DNA from: Adineta vaga
Taxonomy: Eukaryota > Animalia > Rotifera
NCBI GenBank assembly: GCA_021613535.1
Contig: CP075494.1
Span: forward strand, 13,268,001 to 13,332,000
Direction of reading: 5' to 3'
Length of the DNA stretch: 64,000 nucleotides
Both the position numbers and the translations under genes were made by a program. This document shows positions 44,601 through 55,429 of this stretch, piece after piece (position 1 is the first letter of the stretch; the number at the start of each line of letters is the position of its first letter). A model generated the notes under the pieces. The model did not search any database. It had not been told where the DNA came from and saw nothing but the letters and a program-made list of their open reading frames with translations.

Positions 44601-45441
44601 ACTTCAATGAATAATAGTCATAATAATACTTCGTTAATTATTTATTTAGACTAGTCAAACATTTTCTGGTCCGTCAACACCTGCAGTGTCTCGTTCATCC
44701 ACACCAGCACCACCAGATCGTGAAGATGCGAGTGATGAAGAAGAGGAACAAGATCAACCATCATCTCCACATCATCAAGAACAGAATACATTCGAAAAGG
44801 TAATATCATTGAAGATGCAGAGCGCTATAACTATTCAATTATAAATGTTACACAGTTTCACGATAAGAAAATTTATTTCAATTTTATTTTTACATGTTTA
44901 GATATCTGAACAGAAAACACCGTCAACAACTCGCGAAAGTTATGAACCACATTTGGAACGTGCGGATTCTGTTCGACTTCTTTCAAATAATAAAAATCTT
45001 CGCCAAGCTGCTGTTGCTGCTGCTAATGCCGCCGCTGCTAACGATCCACAATTTGAACCTCATCTAACTGATGCCAATGATGATGAAGTTCAAGAGCTAA
45101 CCCGTGGAAACCAAAACCAAACAAATACTTATGTTAGTACAAGTAATAGTAAACCAGGATTATTACCTGATGCTCAAACAACAGCATTCAATAAAAAGCT
45201 CAATCTAGGCCTACCTAATCAAGGTACGTTTGCAGATCCACATGATGGTCAAAAACAAGCACCCGATGGTGACAATAAATCATCAGTATCGACACAAGAT
45301 GATATGCCATCTGCTCATGTTCTACATAAATCATTAAGTGGAAATAATACAACATCCTTTGCACCCATTAGTTCATCTAATACTCAATATAAATCAGCAT
45401 TTGTTGATCAACAAGCTGCCAAAACCACCGGCAAAGAATAA
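41601..45441 (+). CDS. GYS: Glycogen synthase (GT3), multi-exon, with an alternative exon pair
   Basis: [76 protein letters not shown]; Ser/Pro-rich phosphoregulatory tail. Confidence 0.97.
42736..42853 (+). CDS. GYS: GYS mutually exclusive exon A (canonical, 118 nt)
   Basis: Bounded by AG and GT; encodes (D)[39 protein letters not shown]. Confidence 0.92.
42875..43001 (+). CDS. GYS: GYS mutually exclusive exon B (divergent, 127 nt)
   Basis: Bounded by AG and GT, same phases as exon A, open frame: (D)[42 protein letters not shown]. Confidence 0.75.
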
Positions 45442-45490
45442 ATGTAGTTCTCAACCATGAAACCATTTAGTCTTTCACGTATTCCCAATT

Positions 45491-45876
45491 AACAACATTT
45501 ATTTCCAATCAATAGAAAAATCCCTTAGTATTATGTTCTAATCCTGCTTCGTAGAAGACTTGATCAACATACATATAGTATTATCTTAGTATTGGATTTA
45601 GTTTATTTTGATTCTATTTTAAATAAATCGTTTTATCCAAGCATTAGAAAAAAAGCAATCATACTAAATCTATTCACGGAATACTCATTACATTTCCTGG
45701 ATAGATGAAAACAGGAATACGAACAGGGGGAGACGAACTTGATCGCCGTGACACGGACAAGTTTTTCAGAAATTATTTGTAAACGAATGAATGAAGAATG
45801 TTACTTTAAACTAAGTAAGAATGTGTTTCGTACATTTTTGTAAACAAATTGGATAGGAAACCCTTTGAAATCATGA
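45491..45876 (+). repeat. Left copy of a direct duplication (GYS 3' region + CEP76 3' end)
   Basis: Aligns to 51074-51569. The first ~186 bp differ at about four positions; the remainder is diverged with deletions. Confidence 0.9.
45690..45876 (-). pseudogene. Degenerate fragment of the last two CEP76 exons
   Basis: Decayed copies of HDFKGFPIQFV and GDQVRL..RIPVFIYP; frameshifted and missing the segment containing the stop codon. Confidence 0.8.
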
Positions 45877-46606
45877 GACAACAAAGTTCATGAAATAACA
45901 CACGAGACGATCTACTTATATTTGTTTAGCCGTTTTGTCACTACCACAAATGAGAAAGCAACACTTATACCAAGTCATTCTTCACAGAGCAATTTACAAA
46001 AACCAGTTAATCTAGACACAGTTTCTAGTGGAAATTATTTGGAATATCTACGCCACAAGCACTGTTTTTACATCTTCCGTTTTTTTCTGATGCATCTCGG
46101 AATATTACATCGATTTTAGAATGAATAAGTGGAGAAAGAGTACGTCACACCAAGTGCATTCGAACAGAAGTGCAGTTTAGTAATCTTTTCCCGTTTGATG
46201 TATACATCGATTGAAAGTTATAATATCATATTTTAAATGTGTGAATATTCAAAATAAAAAGAAGTGAAATGATTTACAAAGCTTTTATTATTCACTCGTT
46301 AGAATAATGAATGAAATACAGCTTCGTTGCTAAGCTAATATAGGTCGAAGATGCAATCTTGATAGATGCCGCGAGTTTATAGGATGAAATATGATCCGAG
46401 TTCATCAAGATTTTCAAAAAATCCTTTGAATTAAAGTCTCATAGATAGTGAAGTAAAATACTATTTATACATACTACCTTTCTACCCATCTAAATAAAAG
46501 ATTCCAACTTATTAAGATCGCATCCAATCACGATTATCGTAATTTTTCTCAATTTATTTCTTGCCACTCATTGAACACAATTAACTTTTAAAAGATATAT
46601 AGTTTT

Positions 46607-49600
46607 ATGCTTACCAAATTGTCAAATTACCATTTAACATCCTTGATTATCTTCCTAAGAACTTCAACTTCAACTAATGTTCGCTCTGATTTTGATTTGG
46701 TAAAACAAATGAAATTCTATAACGATAATCAACAATTTAACAAAGTTCTTCAATTATTTGATGATTATAAGAAAAACAATAAGACTCCTACATTCTCAAG
46801 TATAACTATTACACAAGCGTTGAAAGCATGTACACAGCTGAGAGACATTCAATATGGTAAGAGTATTCATCGTCTTGTTTCTGAACGTGTACAAGAAGAT
46901 TATTACATATTTTCATCATTAATTCACATGTATAGTAAGTTTCATAAAGAGATTTTCTCTCACATTGCTTCTCTTTCGTTCAATAGTGCAATGTGGTGAT
47001 ATGACAAATGCTGAAACATTATTCGCGAAAATAACAAATAAAACACTGCCAGTCTACGGAGCCATGATGAAAGGTAATTAACTGCTGCCTTTTTTAGCTA
47101 TTTCAAGTCATTATTTCTATTTAGGTTATCTGAAAAACAATCAAGCACAAAAAGCAATTGATCTTTTCAGTACAATTGAGAAACCTGGTGAAGTGACAGT
47201 CAATCTTTTCTTTAACGCGTGTGCACAGTTAGGAACACATGAAGCTTTGGATTTAGTGAAGAATGTTTTGAAACAAATTCCAAAATCGTTTCATGGAAAT
47301 TCATACATTAGACCGTCTCTAATCGATGCATCAATGAAATGTAAAAATATCAAATATGCTGAAAGCGTCTTTAACAGAATAACGGGAAAAACATTAGCAA
47401 TGTATGGCGCAATGATAAAAGGTCATCTACTTTTTCTACATGATTATGTTAAATCTTTGTTTGTTTTTTTCATCTCTTTTTTGTAGGGTATGTAAGTAAC
47501 AATGAAGCAAGGAAAGCAATTGAGCTATTCAATGAAGTGAAACAACCTGATGAAATTCTTTTCAATGTATTGTTCAATGCTTGTGCTCAATTAAGAACTG
47601 ATGAAGCTTTGAATACAATATATCGAATTCTAAAACAAATGCCAAAGCCCTTTCACTCAAATCCACTTGTTGTCACCTCATTAGTGGATGCATTGATGAA
47701 ATGTGGTGATACGAATCGAGCTGAATCTATCTTTGGTCAAGCGACCAACAAAACACAGTCTATGTATGGGGCAATGATGAAAGGTAAGTGTCCATATTGT
47801 ATATCATGTAATGATCCGAACTTAATATTTATTATCAGGTTACATCGAAAATAATCAAGTCAATCAAGCAATTAATCTTTTCAAGGAAATCAAAAACCCA
47901 AATGATGTGATTCTGATAATTTTATTCAATGGTTGTGCTCGTCTGAAGACAAAAGAAGCATTGGATTTGACCAGAAAAGTTTCGAGACAAATGCCAACAT
48001 CTTGCGATTCCAATTCTCGCCTAATAACTTCATTATTAGATGCATTAATGAAGTGTGGAGATATTCAGCAAGCAGAAAAAATATTTCATACGTCAAGAAT
48101 CAAAGTCTCTGCAATGTATGGTGCAATGATGAAAGGTAACGTATGCGGTTGTGAATGAATCGATTGATAGCCAAGTTTTTTTTTCTATTTTTAGGGTACA
48201 TTGAGAATAATGACGCAAAAAAAGCAATTGATCTTTTCTATAAAATCAAACAGCATGATGCGATTGTGTTCAATCTCGTGTTTAGTGCTTGTACACGATT
48301 AGAAAGCAGTGAAAAATCGTATCTTATAGAAACGATTTTGAAACAGATGCCAGTATCATATTATTCAAATCCGCTTCTTGTCACTTCGTTGTTGAATGCA
48401 TTAATGTCATGTAACGATGTTGACCAAGCTGAAGCGATATTTAATCAATCAGTCAACAAAACATTATCGATGTATGGAGCTTTGATGAAAGGTGCGTATC
48501 AATTTTATTATCATATGTAAGATTATGCTCAAGATGTTGTTGTCGTTTTTAGGTTATATAAGAAAGAATGAAGCCGAGAAAGCCATTGGTCTTTTCGAAC
48601 AAGTCAACGATCCTGATGAAATCGTATTGAATCTGCTGTTCAATGCTTGTGCTCAAGACAGAACTTCGAAAGCATTGAGTTTGGTACAGAATATGTTTCA
48701 GAAGATGCCAAAATCTTTTCATTCCAATTTACTTCTAATCACTTCATTGTTGGATGCATTGATGAAATGTGGTGATGTTAATCAAGCTCAGTCGATATTT
48801 GACCAATCAAAAAATAAAACATTGCCTATGTATGGAGCCATGATGAAAGGTGAGACTTTTTTTATATTACAAAAAATGTTTAATAAAAATGTGTTTTAGG
48901 GTTTGTTTTCAATGAATTACCATCGAAAGCAATAGATCTCTTCGACAAAATACATGAACCAGATGAAATTAATTTTACTATATTTTTCAATGCTTGTGGA
49001 CTACTAGGAACGAATGTTGAATTAAATAGAATGAAAGATGCTTTGAACAGAATGCCTGAATCTTTTCTTTCGAATGATTATCTGGTTCATTCTTTAATCG
49101 ACAGTTTGATGAACTGCGGTGATACTCAATGTGCTGAAGCTTACTTTCATAAAGCAACGAAAAAGACATTGTCAATGTATGTAATCATGATGAATGGTTA
49201 TAATAATAACGAATTTCCTTCGAAAACATTACATTTATTCGATCAAATGATAGATCATGATTTAGAACGAGACAATGTTACATACCTACGCTTAATAAAA
49301 GCTTTATCGATGATTGGTGATTATTCAACTGCTCAATCCTATGTCACCAACGTTCCTCATGAATTTTTCGGGAATAAATTTATTTCAAGTGCATTGATCG
49401 ATATGTGGGTATGTGTAATCAATCTTTTCGTTTTGGTTTTTCTCAAAAAATTAATTTAGGGAAGAGTTGGTAAAGTTGATCATGCAAAACAAGTATTTGA
49501 ACAAGTTCGTGATAAAGATTCGTGTGTATATACAACAATGAGTTTGTATCATAGCAGTACTTTGGTACATTTCCTCATCATATTATTCATTTTTAGTTAA

Positions 49601-50875
49601 TTCTTATGGTTTGAATGGTTGCGGTAGTGAAGCTGTTGATCTTTATCGTAAAATGTCGAGACAATCAGTCTCTGAAGTGACAAATATTTGTGTACTGAAT
49701 GCTTGCTCACATTCCAGACTAGTGGATGAGGCTCGTACAATCTTTGAAAATATTTCGATCAAAACTGAAAGAATTTACAGTGCAATGGTGATAAATGGAC
49801 TATTTTATTTTACGTTTCGTATAATTTCTGTTGTTTGATTCGTTTAGATTGATTGTTTATGTCGAGCATCGTATTTTGAAGAAGCTCAATTTCTCATCGA
49901 TGAACATGAAAGATCAAATCCACCTTTTTTAACAATGTATAGTGAGTACTGATTTTCCTCAATGTGTTTTACAATCCATTGATGTTATTAAGAAACATGT
50001 GCTAGATCGGATAAGTAGTACCAAGCAAAAATGTTTTATTTCGTAGAGATGAAACCAATCAGTCAAATATTGTTTTCATGAGAGAATCATTAATGGCACT
50101 GATGAGACAGCTTTGATTTCGTTGTAATTATTTTATTTCTAGTGGCAATGTTATCAGGTGCAAGAAATGTTCGGAACGTTGATTTGTCTGAAAAAATTCA
50201 TGATCGAATGAAGAAACTGTTTCCCAAATCAACAGAATCATTGACAGCAGCAACAGTCCTTCTTGCCAATACTTATGGATCAGCAGGAGAAAGTGTAAAG
50301 GCAGCAGCTTTACGAGAGCATTTACATCAATCTGATGTAAAGAAGAAAATTGGTGCCTCATGGACTACGATCAATGGACAAGTGTTTGTAAGTGTCAAGT
50401 TTTCGTTATAGTTAACATATGATATGTGAGATGATTTTTTTATAGAAATTTCAAGCTCATGATGTAGCTCATCCTCGATCTGCTGAAATCTATAGTGAAA
50501 CCAAGAAAATTTCGAAAGAACTCGTTGAACATGGTCATGTGTATGACTCAAGTTGAATTACGCGACCACTATATCAGAGTGAAACGGTTGCATCAGCACT
50601 CAATGGACATAGTGAACGCTTAGCAGTTGCTTGGAACTTTGTGGTGAATCCCAAAACAACAAGAATACAAGTGACCAAAAATCTTCGTATTTGTGGCGAT
50701 TGTCGTAAGTGATTATTATTGTTTTCTTATCAGTTTTCTTTTTACTTTGATTTTCATAGATAAAGCAATGAAATTGATTGCACAAATTCGACAGTGCGAA
50801 ATTGTTATCAGCGATGCTAATCGCATTCATCATTTCTCCACCGACGGTACATGTTCTTGCAATGAATTTTTTTGA
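46607..50875 (+). CDS. PLS-type pentatricopeptide repeat protein with E domains and a DYW cytidine-deaminase-like domain; in-frame TGA at 50554-50556
   Basis: Presequence-like N-terminus; repeated LFNACAQL / SLLDALMKCGD / MYGAMMKGY; VLNACSHS; VLLANTY; PG-box KKKIGASWT; HSERLA; KNLRICGDCH; DANRIHHF..GTCSCNEFF*. Confidence 0.92.
47125..48849 (+). repeat. Five tandem 297-nt phase-1/phase-1 PPR exon cassettes
   Basis: Exons 47125-47421, 47487-47783, 47839-48135, 48195-48491 and 48553-48849 each encode 99 aa from GY.. to ..MYGAMMK. A sixth copy begins at 48900, fused to downstream coding sequence. Confidence 0.92.
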
Positions 50876-51073
50876 TATAGTTGCGGAATTTGTTTGTATT
50901 TCCATCTAACTTGTAGCAAAAAGAAAATAAAAGTCGTTTCTAAAAATCGAGCAAATTACAATGGATTCTAAAGTTTTTAATAAGAATTAAAAATAGTGTG
51001 TAGGTGTACGCTTTGGTTTATGCTCGTATACTCATCATTGAAAACATTAAATGAAAATAGTACACCATGAACG

Positions 51074-51569
51074 AACGACATTTATTTCTAATCAATAGAA
51101 AAATCCCTTAGTATTATGTTCTAATCCTGCTTCGTAGAAGACTTGATCAACATACATATAGTATTATCTTAGTATTGGATTTAGTTTATTTTGATTCTAT
51201 TTTAAATAAATCGTTTTATCCAAGCATTAGAAAAAAAAGCAATCATACTACATCTATTCATAGAACATTCGTTACCGATTCCATTTTGTACATTTTCTAT
51301 TTTGTTGAACCAACACTTTTATAACGACATGCAAACATCATCCAAGTCGCAATTGCATTTTCTGGATAGGTGAAAACACGAACACGAACAGCAAGACGAA
51401 CTTGATCGCCATGACAGCAGACAATTTCTTCACATAAATTATTTCTAAGTGAATGCATGAATGAATGAACGAACGAAAAGTGAATGAAGAATGTTACTTT
51501 AAACTAAATATAAATGCTTTTCGAGCATTTTTGTGAACAAATTGGATAGGAAAACCTTTGAAAGCATGA
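51074..51569 (+). repeat. Right copy of the direct duplication (intact CEP76 3' end and downstream region)
   Basis: Aligns to 45491-45876. Confidence 0.9.
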
Positions 51570-53898
51570 CCATTTGGTACTGCTCGTCGAACAGCTTCTT
51601 GAAATTCTTCACTGCCAACAGATAAACCAGTGACACGTTCTAATTCATATGAAGAAAGTGCTGGACTTAGCAGATAAGATAAATGATCATCAAATTGAGT
51701 TGTATAACCAAGATCCTAAATAGAATAGGAATAATAGAGAACAGCTAATGAGATTGACTTACTTTTCGATGTTGAATAATGAGAGCTCGAATTTGTTTTT
51801 CAATATCATTTGATAATGCAATTGGATTAAGTGTATTCTGTGATAAATGAGGCATAACGGGTGCAGTAATAACAAGACCAGGTGTATTTATTGATGGAAT
51901 TGCATCTGGTGACATTGCTTTCCATTTTGATTGATCTGTTAAACGAAATACACATGTATCCACATTACACGTCGGCTAAACACAAAACAAAACAAGAGCA
52001 TGAATTACTTCAGTGATTATTTTCATACTTGTATATTTGCGTAGAAGGATTTATCATTAAATATACAACCAATTGTTCGATATGGATGACGAATATTATT
52101 TAATGATAATTTATCAAGTGGAGGATCATCAGGATCAATGGATGTATGTTGATATCTGAATGATTTGAATTAAATTTATATCGAAGAATGATTTCATTTC
52201 ATTTAGTAAATTTTACCTATTTCCATTTAAACTTTCCCAAAAGAATACATCATCTGTTCCAATTGTAACAACCCACGAATGAATTTGATTTTTACCTTTT
52301 GTACCAATACCTAAATAAAAATAAAAGTCAATTATACAAAATCAAATTCAATTCCACTAAATACATACAAACATAAGCATCAAGACCAAAACCAAGTAAC
52401 AAACTGCAAAGAAGTACTGCATGATTTTCACAATCCTAAGATAATATTTTAGAAATCTATTGAAAAAAATCTTTATAAAATCTATATACCCCACAATTTC
52501 TTGCAAGAAATGCATGCGTATGTGTCCACATTTCTGTTCGATCTGTATTTCCTACAACTGAATGACGATCATAACCAATTAAACTAACAAATCGTGCTGC
52601 TTCTCTTGGTGTATCAAGTAAACGACCTGAACGTAATGGCTGAACAAAAGAAACAACAGGATGATTAACACCATTTTCATCCTAATCAAATAATTTTTTT
52701 CCATTTAAATAGATAGTTATAGAGAGAGAGAAAAAACTACTTGTCCAAAGATTTTCACAAGTCTTGTTCGATGTTCTTCACGAATTTCTAAGAATTCTTT
52801 CCACCATTGTTTTGCATAGATTAGAAATAAACGTTCTCGTTCAGTACTCTTTGTATGTTCAAGATTTATTTGTGCTGCGAGAACTTCGTCAGCAACAGAT
52901 TCTTGTAGTGGAGGAATTAATTGTAAACATACATTGATAATTCCTACTGGTAATTTATTTTCAGCACCTAACAAAACGAAATAGTTGATTGATAGCAACG
53001 TTTGAGAATCTTACCAATGCCATTCAGTTCAAGCATTCGATTGGTTTTATTTGCTGGAGCACAAAGAACTTGCCGCCATTCGAGAAAATGTGAAGAAACA
53101 AGATGAATTTCGCCTAGAGTATCTTTTCTTGTTAAAACAATATGAACACGATCACAAATTGAGAGGAGAGTTGACGAATCGGCCTTAGCACCGAATTCAC
53201 CTAAATTAAAATCAGATCATTATCGATTTAATACAATTAACAAAGTTTGCTCATAGTGAACTTTCATTCTTAGTACCTTGTTGTTTATCTTTATGGAGTT
53301 CAAGTAAAAATCCCTGATTTATATATGGTTCACCAGCACATGCAAATGGTCTAGTGCGAAAACGTTGATTACGAAATAGAATTGAAATACTAAATGATGA
53401 AGCTAATGATGATGATGAATAACCTGGATAACCTTCCGATTGTGGTTCATTCAAATAATCTAAATAAATTCTAATTATGAACAAAACATATGATATTTTT
53501 TCTATCAAAGATATACCAGTAAATGCTTTTCCATTGAGAAATTGTAAATAGAGATGTTGTCGATTTGGATCAAAATTGACTTGTTGTAAGGGAACAGATA
53601 CTAATTGATCTGTATCAACCGTATTCACAGTTGGTTTTTGTGATGGAATTGATTGACGTTGTCGTGGAGAAGGTTGTTGAGTACCAAACTGAATATTTTC
53701 CATCATTGAATCCACAACACCACGATTTTTTAATTCACGTAAAAGAGCATCTCGACTTATTGGTCCTGAATTTGGATGTCGTTGCGCATAATCATTAAGA
53801 ACATCACGAATAGCATTGTTCATATCTGATTTAGATAAATGATTGGATATGATTTGTTTAATTTCAAGAATTTTATCTGGTGCTACGGAAGAAGCCAT
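51297..53898 (-). CDS. CEP76: Centrosomal protein CEP76 (multi-exon)
   Basis: FRNQRFRTRPFAC; ERERLFLIYAKQWWKEFL; LLDTPREAARFV; DCENHAVLLCSLLLGFGLDAYVC; FKGFPIQF; GDQVRLAVRVRVFTYPE. Confidence 0.95.
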
Positions 53899-53949
53899 CG
53901 TTCAAAAATCTGAATACAATGTGACATCGGTCATCATAAGGATATAATC

Positions 53950-53962
53950 GTTGCTTAGTAAC
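53950..53962. promoter_or_regulatory. Putative RFX X-box upstream of CEP76
   Basis: GTTGCTTAGTAAC lies ~50 bp upstream of the CEP76 ATG, with CCAAT at its 3' edge. Confidence 0.55.
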
Positions 53963-54285
53963 CAATGGTCGACAAAAAAGTCTGACATTATAGAACGTAA
54001 AAATTCAAAAAAGATTTCAAATGTTTAGAATCACAGATATTCCAATGAAATCAAAATTACAATGATGATATTTCGAACGCCATCTACAATCCTTCCTAAA
54101 TTTCTCTTTCGAACTTCTACATATTTCTACCAATCAAATCTATTCTTTCAACCTTAAATAAATTTTACACCTTGCTCGTTCGATTCGATACATGATATTT
54201 TTTTCATATCTATATATTATGTCAACCATTGAATACATATAGATAGTTCGAAAAGTCTTTTTTCTTTTAGATTTTCATATATAAT

Positions 54286-55353
54286 ATGTCAATATTATCT
54301 GTTCTACGGCGTGAACTTCCCGATGAAAAGTTCTATCTATTCATCAATCGTTTTATATTTACCTCACTTTTTCTTTTCGTTGGTTTACCATTATGGTATT
54401 CAACAACAACAACATATCGTGCATCATTACCTTATTCACGTATATCAACTCTTGCATCAAACTCTATGGAGTCAATTGAAACAAATTTAACATCATTTCA
54501 AACGGCATCTTCTTATGAAATCTCGTTTTATTTAATCAATAATAATGATGAAAGCTATAGTCTAAATAAGAGTCATTATGAAGAAATTATTGAATCAACT
54601 ATTGCTCCTTATCTAATTAATACTTATTCAAAATATATTGATTTTGATATATCAACAGAGATTATATCAAATACACGTGGAATTTTACCAAGTGAAACAA
54701 TCCACAGTTTAGAAAAACGACAAATTCCTTTTTTTATCAATAAATTAGAATATTTATTACATCGTTCAACAAAACATTATCGTGAAAAAATCTTTTTTAT
54801 TCTTTTCATTCCTGATGAAAAACAATCACCTTTAACTGTAGAAAATAATCCTCAAAATTCTATTATTGTGCCTAAATGGGGTAGTGTGATATTTTACAAT
54901 AAACAAAATTCATCTGATCAATTAGATTTTATTCTTAAACAATTTCTTAACCATTTCAATCAATTATTAGGAATCAATACACTTGATCAATGGATTTATC
55001 TACGTACAATAGAAAATTATAATAATGGTCGACAAACATTATTAACTTTATCTCAATTGCTTCTTTCAATTCCAAATATTGTCATTGATGATACAATGGC
55101 AAAAAAAATACATCATTCAGTTGATTTATTAGAACAATGTCAAGAAAATAAACAACATAATCTTTGTCAACAAGGACGTTTACTTGCTGATCAAGTTTTT
55201 TTTGATCCATCATTACTCAAATTACTTTACTTTCCAGACGATCAAAAATTTGCCATCTATGTTCCTTTATATTTACCTATGGGTGCACCATTAGCATGGA
55301 CATTATTAAATGATATGAAATTTTTGATAAATCTTGTGAAAAAAAATCGCTAA
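54286..55353 (+). CDS. PIGS: GPI transamidase component PIG-S (intronless, compact)
   Basis: GLPLWYSTTTTYRASLP; IVPKWGSV; FFDPSLLKLLYFPDDQKFAIYVPLYLP. Confidence 0.93.
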   Translation: MSILSVLRRELPDEKFYLFINRFIFTSLFLFVGLPLWYSTTTTYRASLPYSRISTLASNSMESIETNLTSFQTASSYEISFYLINNNDESYSLNKSHYEEIIESTIAPYLINTYSKYIDFDISTEIISNTRGILPSETIHSLEKRQIPFFINKLEYLLHRSTKHYREKIFFILFIPDEKQSPLTVENNPQNSIIVPKWGSVIFYNKQNSSDQLDFILKQFLNHFNQLLGINTLDQWIYLRTIENYNNGRQTLLTLSQLLLSIPNIVIDDTMAKKIHHSVDLLEQCQENKQHNLCQQGRLLADQVFFDPSLLKLLYFPDDQKFAIYVPLYLPMGAPLAWTLLNDMKFLINLVKKNR

Positions 55354-55429
55354 TTTTTTTCTTTTGTCTTTCGATTGTACAGAATAAAAACTAAATACAT
55401 CGTTTATCTTAACTTTTTCTGTCTTGTAG

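Noticed and set aside
47125-48849. CRISPR-like or satellite interpretation of the ~355-bp periodicity
   Set aside because: The period equals a 297-nt coding exon plus an intron; these are protein repeats.
50554-50556. Selenocysteine or alternative genetic code explanation for the TGA
   Set aside because: TGA is a normal stop in other genes here (protease, Ig receptor, NSUN2, and this gene's own end). The position is not a Cys site, and no SECIS was recognised.
45491-51569. LTR retrotransposon interpretation of the direct repeats
   Set aside because: The repeats are host GYS/CEP76 sequence. No TG..CA ends, primer-binding site or gag/pol were seen.
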